Notes: generated by a model not told the origin, from the letters alone. A DNA stretch of 64,000 nt from Candidatus Dormiibacterota bacterium (GCA_036732165.1 DAINCX010000001.1:81053-145052); one strand, 5' to 3'. Counted from the stretch's first letter, positions 39,306 through 48,766 are shown. Numbers and translations are program-made.

Positions 39306-39582
39306 GCTGGCCGAAGCCTAGCAGGTGTAGAGACGACGCTCGTTCCCAGTTACGAGGACCTCCGCCGACGGACATCGCGCACTCAAGGACTTCATTCTCC
39401 GCCTGGGCGCAATGGTCGAAGCGGATCCCAAGATTGCCGAGCTCGACTGCAATCCGTGTTCGTGGTCAGAGAGCCGCGGCGGCCTTTGGGGGCCCGTACA
39501 TGAGGCGGACTGGAACGTTCGCCTCCTAAAATAGCCTCGGGGCCGCCCAAGAGCTAGTGACCACGGCCGGCGCCCGGAAGGG

Positions 39583-41229
39583 GTGAGTGTGATGGCCTCG
39601 ATGTCGACCTCGGGCAAGGACCGGCGTGATCAGCTCCTGGAGTCCGGGCTCGCTCTCGCCTCGGGTCTGTCGCTGCCCACCGTTCTCCAACGAATCATTG
39701 ATCTTGCTGTGGAGTTGAGTGGGGCCCGCTATGGCGCCCTTGGCGTGCTCGGTCCCGGCGGCCGGATCCGCCAGTTCATCACCGTCGGCATCAATGCCGA
39801 GGAGCGGCGCGCCATCGGTCCGCTGCCCTTGGGCCAGGGCATCCTGGGCGCGCTGATTCGTGACGCGAAGCCGCTGCGGCTGCGCCGTATCACTGACGAT
39901 CCGCGCTCGATCGGCTTCCCCGCGAATCATCCACCGATGTCGTCCTTCCTCGGCGCCCCCGTCGTGGCGCGAGGCAAGGTCTTCGGCAACATCTACCTGA
40001 CCGAGAAGCAGGGTGCGGCCGAGTTCGACGCCGAGGACGAGGCCGCCCTGGTGGTCCTCGCGACCCAGGCCGGCGTGGCCATCGAGAATATCGACCTCTA
40101 TGAGGAAGGGCGGCGGCGCGAGCGCTGGTTGGAAGCGGTCCGAGAGATTGGAACCGCCATCCTCGCTGGCCAGGAGCTCAAAGCCGTCCTCAAGGCCGTG
40201 GCCCACGACGCCCGCGAACTGGCGCGGGCAGCGACGGCGACTATCGTGGTGCCCAGCCTCGAGGAGGACAGTGAATCAGACTTGATGATTGCCATCGCCG
40301 ACGGCGCCTATGCCGATGAGTTGGACGGGCTACGGGTGCCGATGCAGGGGTCGGTGTCGGGCGACGTTATGCGCACCCGACAAACCGCTGTACTGGCCAA
40401 CGGGTCGACCGACCCCCGGACATACCAACCGATGGTCAGCCTCGGCCGCATGGGCCCGATGGTGCTGGTGCCCCTCCTCGTGCAGGGGCGCTCAATCGGC
40501 ACCCTGGCTGTCGCGAACCCAGTCGGTGGCGCAGCGTTCGAGGAGCAGGAGGTTCGACTCGTCGAGACGTTCGCGAACCAGGCCTCCGTGGCGCTCGAGT
40601 ATGCCCGAGCCCAGCGGGATCGGCAGCGCGTGGCAGTGATGGACGACCGCGAACGGATCGCGCGCGAGTTGCACGACGGCGTCATTCAATCGCTCTTCGC
40701 CGTCGGGATGGGGCTGCAGGCGGCGGCCCAACGCAGCGGCGACCGCGAGATCGAGAGCCGGATCGATTTGGCCGTCAGCGAGATCGACCGCGCCATCCGG
40801 GACCTGCGCAACTACATCTTTGGATTGCGACCCGGTCTCCTGGCGGATCGCCAGCTACGCCAAGCCCTCGATGACCTCATTGCGGACTTCGCGGAGAAGA
40901 GCGGGGTCACGATCGTCGCGGACGTCGACGAGGGACTTGCTGCCGAACTGGCGCCCCGCTCAGCAGACCTGGTGCAGCTAACCCGCGAGGCGCTCTCGAA
41001 CGTGGGCCGGCATGCCCAGGCCGCAACCTGCCGGGTCAGTCTCTTTCGCGAGGATGGCCAGGGCGTGCTGCAGATCGAGGACGACGGCCACGGCTTCGAT
41101 ACCGCAGCGCCGCACACCGGTCAGGGGACGCGCAACCTTCGAGAGCGCGTCAGCGCGATGGGGGGTCAGGTGGCGATCGAGAGCGTGATCGGTGAGGGGA
41201 CCACCATCAAAATCGCGATGCCCCTCTAA
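39583..41229 (+). CDS. Sensor histidine kinase with tandem GAF domains, HisKA_3 + HATPase_c (DevS/DosS-like)
   Basis: Two GAF domains are present (ARYGALGVL...GNIYLTEK...AIENIDLYEE, and a second copy), then the HisKA_3 H-box RERIARELHDGVIQSLFAV and the ATPase G-boxes. It is the likely partner of the RR at 36105. Confidence 0.85.
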   Translation: MSVMASMSTSGKDRRDQLLESGLALASGLSLPTVLQRIIDLAVELSGARYGALGVLGPGGRIRQFITVGINAEERRAIGPLPLGQGILGALIRDAKPLRLRRITDDPRSIGFPANHPPMSSFLGAPVVARGKVFGNIYLTEKQGAAEFDAEDEAALVVLATQAGVAIENIDLYEEGRRRERWLEAVREIGTAILAGQELKAVLKAVAHDARELARAATATIVVPSLEEDSESDLMIAIADGAYADELDGLRVPMQGSVSGDVMRTRQTAVLANGSTDPRTYQPMVSLGRMGPMVLVPLLVQGRSIGTLAVANPVGGAAFEEQEVRLVETFANQASVALEYARAQRDRQRVAVMDDRERIARELHDGVIQSLFAVGMGLQAAAQRSGDREIESRIDLAVSEIDRAIRDLRNYIFGLRPGLLADRQLRQALDDLIADFAEKSGVTIVADVDEGLAAELAPRSADLVQLTREALSNVGRHAQAATCRVSLFREDGQGVLQIEDDGHGFDTAAPHTGQGTRNLRERVSAMGGQVAIESVIGEGTTIKIAMPL

Positions 41230-41538
41230 GTGGAAAGGTCCCGAGCACTCTAGGATCTTCCGCCCTCACCGCCTCCCGCTGCCGATGACAGGATGGCGTA
41301 TGGCTCCTTCAGTTCTGGGCCTTCTACCTGGTTCTCGGGACGACGATCGCAGCCGTTGGGCTCGCGTGGTCGCGAACCAGTGCCGCTCGAAACGGCTTCG
41401 AGACCTCGAGGTGATTGTGATGCCGGCCATGGCCATTGCAACACCGCCAGCAGCGCCGCAGGCAGTATCGCCAGCTTCGCCAACCACACCGCTGACTCCA
41501 CCGGGCGCCAGATTCGTGGCCGTGGGTAATCTCAACGA

Positions 41539-41588
41539 ATTAAGAAGTAACACCCGGAATGAGTGGTGTCCCGAACCGTTCAAGTTAT
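41539..41588 (+). repeat. Imperfect direct repeat copy A (about 50 bp) sharing its core with the tRNA-Arg(CCG) 3' end
   Basis: The sequence is aattaagaagtaacacccggaatgagtggtgtcccgaaccgttcaagtta. The core GAGTGGTGTCCC is identical to tRNA-Arg(CCG) nt 43182-43193. The repeat is intergenic. Confidence 0.6.
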
Positions 41589-41730
41589 GAACTCGACCTG
41601 CCATCCGCGATGAGCGCTTAGTATTCGGCGGTCGAGCTCCAGCGGATGCTAGACGGACGGTTAGCGGACGGTTAGCGGACGCTCAGCCGACTCCCGCCTA
41701 ATGCGTCCTGTGGGTGGGCAAGCTCAGTCC

Positions 41731-42210
41731 TCAGCTCACCGCTTTCTTCACGAGCGCGCCGATCCTTGCCTCTTCGGCGGCGGTCAACTCCTTCAACGCG
41801 AAGGCGGCCGGCCACATGGCGCCTTCGTCGAGGTTCGCCTTGTCACTGAAGCCAAACGTCGCGTACCTCGTGTTGAACTTCTGCGCGCTTTGGAAGAAGC
41901 AGACGATCTTGCCGTCCTTGGCATACGCGGGCATCCCGTACCAGGTTCTCGGCGAGAGAGCTGGCGCGCTAGCTTTGATGATGGCATGGAGCCGCTGGGC
42001 AATGGCGCGATCCGGTTTCGGCATCTCGGCGATCTTCGCGAGCACGTCGCTTTCCCCGTCCGCCTTGTCCGCGGCCGCCTTCAGCTCTTGGACGCGCGCC
42101 TTCATCGCGGCTCGTTCCTCGTCCGTGAATCCCTTGCGCGTCTTGCCGATCGCAGTGGTGCTCTTGGCGGACTTCTGCGTAGCCTTCGTTCCAAGTCTCC
42201 TCTCAGCCAT
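41731..42210 (-). CDS. DUF1801 (YdhG-like) domain protein with Lys-rich N-terminal extension
   Basis: The C-terminal region [23 protein letters not shown] is typical of DUF1801. Confidence 0.55.
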   Translation of the reverse strand: MAERRLGTKATQKSAKSTTAIGKTRKGFTDEERAAMKARVQELKAAADKADGESDVLAKIAEMPKPDRAIAQRLHAIIKASAPALSPRTWYGMPAYAKDGKIVCFFQSAQKFNTRYATFGFSDKANLDEGAMWPAAFALKELTAAEEARIGALVKKAVS

Positions 42211-42297
42211 GATGTTTCCTGACCTCCTGCGTGCGGCGCTGAGCCGTGACCCCGACGTTACGGATCGGAGCCCCGCCTCTTACTTTAGTGGGTCGCC

Positions 42298-42545
42298 GTG
42301 CCGCAGGAGGCCGAGGTCGACATCCTCGCCTTTCACGGTTTCCCGCTTGAGCACCGCCGGCAGATCTGGTCGACCAACGCCCTCGAGCGTCTCAACCGGG
42401 AAGTCGGTCCTCGTTGCGAGGTGGTCGGCATCTTTCCCCAACCGGCCCGCGGTCTTCCGCCATGTGGGCGCCGGCCTCGAGGAGCAGAACGACGAATGGG
42501 CCGTCGGCCGCCGCTATTTCCAGACAGGAGTTGATGCACAGGCTG
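42298..42545 (+). mobile_element. Remnant of an IS256-family (mutator-type) transposase: C-terminal roughly 110 aa only, with an internal frameshift
   Basis: One frame gives DILAFHGFPLEHRRQIWSTNALERLNREVGPRCEVVGIFPQ. The next frame continues SFPNRPAVFRHVGAGLEEQNDEWAVGRRYF. Together these match the IS256 transposase C-terminus. The N-terminal about 290 aa are absent. Confidence 0.75.
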
Positions 42546-43184
42546 CTGGAACCACATGTCCAGAACGGGCCGCAGCGTTAGATCCGTCGCTCTCGCATGC
42601 GAGCTTGCTTCGTCACGGCGTGCAAGCCACGGCGCCAGCCTAGAACCGCTAGACATCCCGACAGAGTGCAATGCTGGAAAGCACCTTTCGGCACGTTACA
42701 GGTACGTGACTCCCCGTGGCCCACTGGGTTATTTGGACCGACTCGGCCAGCTTCATGGATGGAGGAGCGTCGTTGAACGGGCCCTGATCCTGTTGATTGT
42801 TGCCGGAGTCGTAATTGGACTTCTCATTCTCTCAAGCGGAAATCACGCAAACGTGTTTTGCAACATCTCCGGCTCCCCGGGGCAATAAGGGGCCGCTCCG
42901 ACGTTGAAGCCGTCCGCTGACCGGCCCCATCTTCGGTGACTACGATGAGTCCGCAAATGGGCGGCGAAGACGATCCACAGAACTGGCGACTTGACGTGCG
43001 TGAAGACCATATCGAGCTTTATAACGAGCTAGCAGAGCGACCCAGACCGCCCACTGCCTCAGCGTCCGCTGACCATCTCCTAACCTTCCGTCGACGGGAA
43101 CTCTCGGCTGCGCGGGTGGGCTCTTAATAACCCTTTTCAGCAGCTTTTCGAATTCGCCCAGCCCGGTTCAAAACTTGTTTTGAG

Positions 43185-43261
43185 TGGTGTCCCCGACAGG
43201 ATTTGAACCTGTGCTCCTGGCTCCGGAGGCCAGTGCTCTATCCAGGCTGAGCTACGGGGAC
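43185..43261 (-). tRNA. tRNA-Arg (anticodon CCG), CCA encoded
   Basis: Hand-folded. The acceptor is GTCCCCG/CGGGGAC plus A plus CCA, the D-arm is GCTCAGCCTGGATAGAGC, the anticodon loop is CTCCGGA, and the T-loop is TTCAAAT. Confidence 0.88.
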
Positions 43262-43521
43262 TCGCTGATCGGACTCGATTATAGGCAGCCATCGCCAGAG
43301 GCAGTCAGCGCTTCGCGACCGACCTTACGAAATCCGTTACGGGATGTCACCCTGTCGCGTTCGATCCATTCCTAAGCTGATTTCGGATAGGGCTCCACCG
43401 GCTCGTAGCTGCCCGTCCTGGAGGTGCACCGTGCGGCGACTTTTGAACCCGTGGATCCTGCTCGCGATCGCCTCCGCCTTTGTAGCCTGCGCCGAAATCG
43501 TCTGGCCAAACCCGTAGCGAA

Positions 43522-43544
43522 GGCCCTTACGGGCCCCTTTTCAT
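43522..43544 (+). terminator. Weak intrinsic-terminator-like hairpin (GGCCC-ttac-GGGCC followed by CCTTTTCAT)
   Basis: A short 5-bp GC stem is followed by a T-run. It sits just after a 28-codon ORF (VRRLLNPWILLAIASAFVACAEIVWPNP) that looks like an orphan lipoprotein signal peptide. Confidence 0.2.
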
Positions 43545-43573
43545 GTCAATCAACAGTCGTTAGACTGTAGGCG

Positions 43574-44917
43574 GTGCTTACAAAGCGGCGTCGGGAGCGT
43601 CCTTTGCGGGACGCTCCTCCCTCCTCGCTGGGCCTGCGGATTCGGAAAGCCCGCCAGGACCTGGGGCTCAGCCTGGCGGCGGTGGCCGGGACCGACTTCA
43701 GCCGCGCGTTCCTCAACCAGATCGAGCTGGGCAGTGCCCAACCCTCCACCCACACGCTCCAGATCATCGCCCGGCGGCTGCAGCAGCCGATCGACTATTT
43801 CCTGGAAGGCCCGGAGGTCTCGGCGGCGGCCGTGGAACTGACGCTGGCGGAAGCGGAGATGCGCCTGCACCAGGGCGACCACCGCCGGGCAGAGCAGTTG
43901 ATGACCACGATCCTCCGCAACGACCTTTCCCTGGAGGTACGTACCCGCGCCCAGCTGGTGCTGGCCGGCGCGTACATCCGGCGAGGCGCCGCACCCGAGG
44001 CAATGCCCATCCTCGAGGAGGCAATCGCCGCGGCCGAGCGGGCGGAGTGGACGGCGTTGCTGGTGGAGCTGTACGACTGGCAGGGCCGGGCGTACTACGT
44101 CATGCGCCGGGCGCACGAAGCGGGCCGCTGGTTCGACCGGGCCTACGAGCTGTATCAGACCGCGGGGCTGGCGGACCCGGTGCTGAAGGCTCGGATCCTG
44201 GGGCACCGGGCCAACCTCCATTACGTGGCCGGGGAGCCCGAAGATGCGATCGCCTCCTACCAGGCCGCCATCGCCGCGGCTGAGCAGGTCCTCGACATGC
44301 CAGCGCTGGCGGGCATCTATGAAGGCCTGGCGCTCTCGTTTCAGCAGACTGGCCAGTATCCGCGAGCCCTGTCATACGCGCAGAAGAGCCTTCGGATCTT
44401 TGAAACCCTCCAGGACCTGCGCATGACCGGGCAGCTCCGGCTCAACATGGCCGAGATGCTGCTGCAGCAAGGCCGGGCCGCGGAAGCCGAGGCCGTGTTC
44501 GCCGAGGGGGCGGCGCAGTTGCGGCGTGTCGGCGATCGCCAGTTGCTGCCGCTGCTGGTGACCGGCATGGCGGAGGCGGCACTGGATCAGGACGCGCTTG
44601 CCCGTGCCACCGAGCTCATCGATGAGGCGCTCGACCTCGCCAACCAATCGACGGATCCGATCGTCGCGGTCGGAACCCACCGGGTCGCCGCGCGCGTACA
44701 TCACGCCCGCCGCCGGCACGCGACCGCCCATCGACATTTCGATCGGGCGCTCGAGGTGGCGAGCACCGTGGACAGCCCCGACCTGCGCGCCCGGGTTGCC
44801 TATGACTACGCGCGAGCGCTGGAAGAAGAGGGCGACGCCCCCCAGGCGGCGGCCCGATTCCGTGAGGCGTATGAGGCGGGACACGCTGTAAACCCGCGCA
44901 TCGCTAAAGGTAAGTAG
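43574..44917 (+). CDS. Transcriptional regulator, N-terminal XRE-type HTH plus TPR repeats
   Basis: The HTH region is LGLRIRKARQDLGLSLAAVAG...FLNQIELG. It is followed by multiple TPR-like helical repeats over 447 aa. Confidence 0.7.
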   Translation: MLTKRRRERPLRDAPPSSLGLRIRKARQDLGLSLAAVAGTDFSRAFLNQIELGSAQPSTHTLQIIARRLQQPIDYFLEGPEVSAAAVELTLAEAEMRLHQGDHRRAEQLMTTILRNDLSLEVRTRAQLVLAGAYIRRGAAPEAMPILEEAIAAAERAEWTALLVELYDWQGRAYYVMRRAHEAGRWFDRAYELYQTAGLADPVLKARILGHRANLHYVAGEPEDAIASYQAAIAAAEQVLDMPALAGIYEGLALSFQQTGQYPRALSYAQKSLRIFETLQDLRMTGQLRLNMAEMLLQQGRAAEAEAVFAEGAAQLRRVGDRQLLPLLVTGMAEAALDQDALARATELIDEALDLANQSTDPIVAVGTHRVAARVHHARRRHATAHRHFDRALEVASTVDSPDLRARVAYDYARALEEEGDAPQAAARFREAYEAGHAVNPRIAKGK

Positions 44918-44920
44918 CAC

Positions 44921-44950
44921 TTGACATCGGGAAAACATCTCCGCCATAAT
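44921..44950 (+). promoter_or_regulatory. Candidate sigma70-type promoter TTGACA-18 nt-CATAAT
   Basis: A near-consensus -35/-10 pair sits in an AT-richer intergenic stretch upstream of the XRE-family gene. Confidence 0.35.
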
Positions 44951-45077
44951 GGCGAGCACGGATGGTGGTGTCGCCCCGCGGGCGAGCCCCCCGCCACCTT
45001 CCGGCGGAGTTCGCCGCGAACATTCGTACAAGCTCGCGCAGTGCGATAGACTGAGCACAGATAGTCAAGGGGGATAC

Positions 45078-45614
45078 ATGGACGGGTACTCGCGCAAAGT
45101 CGGAGCGAGGCTGCGGAGCCTTCGCAAGCAACGTGGCTTGACGCTGCAACAGGTTGAGGTCCTGTCCAACAAACGCCTCAAAGGGTCCCTGCTGGCCGCC
45201 TACGAACGTGGCGACCGGAATATCTCCGTGACCCGGTTGGCGCAGATCGCGACGCTCTACAGCGTCCCGGTGAACCAACTCCTCCCCGAGGAGACGGACG
45301 CGATGGCCGAGCCGGCCCTCCCGCCGAAGCTGGCCATCGACCTCAACCAGCTCCAGGGTCTGCCGGAACGCCAGGGCTCGATCCTCGCCCGCCACGTGGC
45401 ACGGCTCCAGCAGCAACGCCACGATTTCAACACCGCGGTCGTGACGCTACGCGGCGACGACCTCGAGCAGCTGGCCGCGGCCTACAAGACCACGCCCGAA
45501 ATGCTGCGGCGCTCGCTGCACGAATGGGGCGTCTTCAAGCAGGGCCAGGTCCCGCCAGCAGCCCGACCTGAAGTCGAGCACGAGCGGCGTACCGACCAAC
45601 CCGAAGGCTCCTAA
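45078..45614 (+). CDS. XRE-family helix-turn-helix transcriptional regulator
   Basis: RLRSLRKQRGLTLQQVEVLSNKRLKGSLLAAYERGDRNISVTRLAQIATLYSVP. The internal ATG at 45078, with a GGGGGA Shine-Dalgarno 4 nt upstream, was chosen over the track start at 44949. Confidence 0.6.
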   Translation: MDGYSRKVGARLRSLRKQRGLTLQQVEVLSNKRLKGSLLAAYERGDRNISVTRLAQIATLYSVPVNQLLPEETDAMAEPALPPKLAIDLNQLQGLPERQGSILARHVARLQQQRHDFNTAVVTLRGDDLEQLAAAYKTTPEMLRRSLHEWGVFKQGQVPPAARPEVEHERRTDQPEGS

Positions 45615-45910
45615 AAAGGGATCTCGCCCTGGGGCGTCCCCGGCGTTGCGTCGCGGCCTGTCCGTAACTGCGCCACGCTCGCTGGATGGGGCGGCTCGTC
45701 GTCAGCGCCCGGCTCCTCCTGGACCGGGAGGCTTTCGATTCGCTGGCGTGCCTCGTCCAACTTTCGCTCGCAGAGCTGCAGGTACTCCCGGCCGCGCGCG
45801 ACCGCGGCAATCGCCTCTTCCAGGCTGAGGTTGCCTTCCTCGAGCGATCGCAAGGTGCGATCGAGCTGCGCGAGCGCCTGCTCGTAGGTGAGCTGGGGAT
45901 CCGCGGTCAC
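45611..45910 (-). CDS. xseB: Exodeoxyribonuclease VII small subunit
   Basis: LTYEQALAQLDRTLRSLEEGNLSLEEAIAAVARGREYLQLCERKLDEARQRIESL. The GTG start overlaps the xseA stop. Confidence 0.8.
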   Translation of the reverse strand: MTADPQLTYEQALAQLDRTLRSLEEGNLSLEEAIAAVARGREYLQLCERKLDEARQRIESLPVQEEPGADDEPPHPASVAQLRTGRDATPGTPQGEIPF

Positions 45911-47262
45911 GGGTGCGCCTCGTCGACGGTACAGTCCAGGCGGCCGGCGGACAGCAGCACCTTGACCCCCTGGCCGGGTGCCGTTTCGCTCGCCGCCCGG
46001 ATGATTCGCCCATCCTCGCCATCGACACAGATGCTGTACCCCCGCCCCAGCGTTTGCTCGGGGCCAAGCGCTTGGAGCCGCGCGGTCCGGTTGTCGAGCC
46101 CGCGCTGGTAATCGCGGAGCGCCCGGGCGATGGTCGCGGCCAGCCGCTCGCCGCCCTCGCGGATCTTCGTGCGGTCCGCTCCGACGCGGCGGACGGCCGT
46201 CTCCATGGCGCGGTCGAGCCGCCGATGACACTCGGTCAGCGCCCGCTCGCGGCCACGGAGCACTTCGCGGGGGTCCCGCTGGCGCAGCATCAGCCCCAGG
46301 TTGGCGAGCCGTTCGCGACGGCGGCCGGCGGTGTCCCGGGCGAGCCGTTGCAGCGACTGGCGGCGAGCGTCCAGCTGATGGCGCGGGGCGATCAACAAGC
46401 TCAGGCCCGCCCGCTGCAGTCGCTGGCCACGCTCACCCAGTTGCTGCAGCAGGTCCGCCTTCCTGGGCACCACCAGCTCGGCGGCCGCCGTCGGCGTCCT
46501 GGCTTCGCGATCGGCCACGAGGTCCGCCAGGGTGCGGTCCGAGGTGTGGCCCAGCGCCGTGATGACGGGAATCCGCATCGCCTGGATCGCCCGCACCACC
46601 GACTCCTGGTTGAACGCCATCAATTCCTCGAAGCTGCCGCCTCCGCGGGCAACGATGCAGACGTCCGCGTGGCCATCCCGATCACACTGCCGCAGCGCAG
46701 CGACCAGGCTCCGCTGCGACGCCACCCCCTGCACCAGCGCTGCGTACACCACCAGCGGGACATTCGGAAAGCGTTCCCAGATCGTTTGCTGGAGATCGTG
46801 AATGACGGCCCCGCTCGGCGACGTCACCAGGGCGATGCAGCGCGGAAGGAAGGGCAACACCCGCTTGCGTTCCGGCGCGAACACCCCCTCCGCGTCGAGC
46901 CGCCGTTTGAGCGCCTCGATCGCCTCGCGCAGTTTTCCCGCCCCGTCGTAATCGAGCCGGCTGACTACGAGGTTCACCCGGCCGGACAGGGTGTGATAGT
47001 CGACCTGCGCGGTGACCACCAGTTCCTGGCCGTTTTCCGGGAGGAAGGGCAGCCGTCGGGCGGTGCTGCTGAAGACCACGGCGCCAATGGTGGCCGACGC
47101 GTCTTTCAGGGTGAACCAGACGTGCCCGGTACGTGGGGACACGCCGCTGACCTCCCCCTTGACCACGACGCTCTGGAAGCGGGCCGCCAGCAGGTCGTGG
47201 ATGCGGCTGTTCAGCTCCACCACCGTGAGGGGCTTGATCGCATCCTCCGGCCGGACCGCCAT
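45907..47262 (-). CDS. xseA: Exodeoxyribonuclease VII large subunit
   Basis: 451 aa. An N-terminal OB fold (LTVVELNSRIHDLL...VVKGEVSG) precedes the catalytic domain. Confidence 0.9.
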   Translation of the reverse strand: MAVRPEDAIKPLTVVELNSRIHDLLAARFQSVVVKGEVSGVSPRTGHVWFTLKDASATIGAVVFSSTARRLPFLPENGQELVVTAQVDYHTLSGRVNLVVSRLDYDGAGKLREAIEALKRRLDAEGVFAPERKRVLPFLPRCIALVTSPSGAVIHDLQQTIWERFPNVPLVVYAALVQGVASQRSLVAALRQCDRDGHADVCIVARGGGSFEELMAFNQESVVRAIQAMRIPVITALGHTSDRTLADLVADREARTPTAAAELVVPRKADLLQQLGERGQRLQRAGLSLLIAPRHQLDARRQSLQRLARDTAGRRRERLANLGLMLRQRDPREVLRGRERALTECHRRLDRAMETAVRRVGADRTKIREGGERLAATIARALRDYQRGLDNRTARLQALGPEQTLGRGYSICVDGEDGRIIRAASETAPGQGVKVLLSAGRLDCTVDEAHP

Positions 47263-48659
47263 CAGGGCACCGCCTCGGCGAGATTGGCATCAGGGCGGTA
47301 GAGGGCCTGCTCGACGGCACGCCGGAGCGCCTGCAACTGGGCAGTCTCGTCGGTGAAGACGCGCACCAGCGTGGTGCGAATCGGAAGGCGCCGAAAGAGG
47401 TCGGCGACGGCGCTTCGCTCAACCGCACGGCTCACCGGGTTATAGATATTCACGGGAAACGGATCGTTGAGAGGGTTTTGCGCGCGCGGGTCCACCGACG
47501 CAAGGTCGACTTCGATGGAGACGTGCTTGAGGGAGGCAGGCAGCGCTTCGCGGATGCGCGCCACGTAATCGGCCGGCTTTGGATACATGAACGCCGCGGG
47601 CGGATTCGAGAACTCGTAATAGTCCTCGAAGATCAGCCGCCACTTGAGTTCCCGGCGCACGATCCGTGCCCACTCCAGGGACAGATCGCGCGCCCGCCCA
47701 CTGTCGTGCTGCCAGCGATCGACCGTATCGATGAGCGACCAATCGGTCAACTCCCGGTACGCCTCCAGGTGGTCGAGCGGATTCCCGGGCAGGATGCGGT
47801 CAATCGTTTCGCGGAAGATCTCCCGCATGTGCAAATCGATACGGCGCACGGTCCGGTGGTAGTAGATGTTGTTGTAGAGGTAGAGACGCGCGTTGAGAAA
47901 CATGAGGAGCGCCTGGGCCCCGTGCTGATGCAGCAGCATACCCTGCTCATCGATGAACGAGTAGTGGAGAAGCCGCTGCACATCGACCGGCCCAACCTTC
48001 ACGCCACACATGTAGGCGTCGCGAGGGACGTAATCGAGGTTGTCCGCCGTATACATGCCGTTGAGCACTGGCTTGAGCAGCCGAACCCATTTGGGCGCCG
48101 CATCACCCGGCAGGGCGGGTTCGGCGATCAGCTCGGCAATCCAGTGTGGATCGATGCGTTCGCCCGGCTCGAAGGGCCCGCTCGGCCCGGCGTCGAGCGC
48201 GGCGATAATGGGCGCCAGCTCACCTTCGATCAGCGTCCGGCCGATGACCTCATGGTCAATCGTGAAGCGATCCAGGTAGTTCTGGTCGAAGAAGTGGCCG
48301 AAGGGGCCGTGCCCGATGTCGTGCAGGAGCCCTGCCACCCGGAGCGTCTCCTCCACGCAGGAGGCGGAGGGTAGATCGGCGGCGACCAGCTTGAGGTTGG
48401 GGTAGAGCTGCCGCCCCCACTCGCCGCTCAAATGCATCGCTCCCAGCGCGTGCTGGAAGCGGGAATGCTCGCCGCCCGGGAAGACCCACCAGGCGGACTG
48501 CAACTGGTGAATCCGCCGGAGGCGTTGCAGCCAGGGATGGTCCAGCAGATCCTGTTCGGCGGCGCTGTCCCCGTGGACGTGCTTGGTGATCTTGATATAC
48601 CCATGCAGGGGATCGGCCATCAGGTTGACGGCGTCGTATTGGCGCGCGAGATCGCTCAT
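47262..48659 (-). CDS. HD-domain deoxynucleoside triphosphate triphosphohydrolase (dGTPase-like)
   Basis: The HD motif is HSRFQHALG...LLHDIGHGPFGH. The protein is 465 aa. Confidence 0.8.
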   Translation of the reverse strand: MSDLARQYDAVNLMADPLHGYIKITKHVHGDSAAEQDLLDHPWLQRLRRIHQLQSAWWVFPGGEHSRFQHALGAMHLSGEWGRQLYPNLKLVAADLPSASCVEETLRVAGLLHDIGHGPFGHFFDQNYLDRFTIDHEVIGRTLIEGELAPIIAALDAGPSGPFEPGERIDPHWIAELIAEPALPGDAAPKWVRLLKPVLNGMYTADNLDYVPRDAYMCGVKVGPVDVQRLLHYSFIDEQGMLLHQHGAQALLMFLNARLYLYNNIYYHRTVRRIDLHMREIFRETIDRILPGNPLDHLEAYRELTDWSLIDTVDRWQHDSGRARDLSLEWARIVRRELKWRLIFEDYYEFSNPPAAFMYPKPADYVARIREALPASLKHVSIEVDLASVDPRAQNPLNDPFPVNIYNPVSRAVERSAVADLFRRLPIRTTLVRVFTDETAQLQALRRAVEQALYRPDANLAEAVP

Positions 48660-48766
48660 TAGACGTGCTGATTTTATGGGGCGGGGCTACAGGAGCGTTA
48701 GCGAGTTGCGACACGCCGGTCGCCCGCCGCCGGTCAGCCTGATTCAGAATCAATACCGAGACCGGA

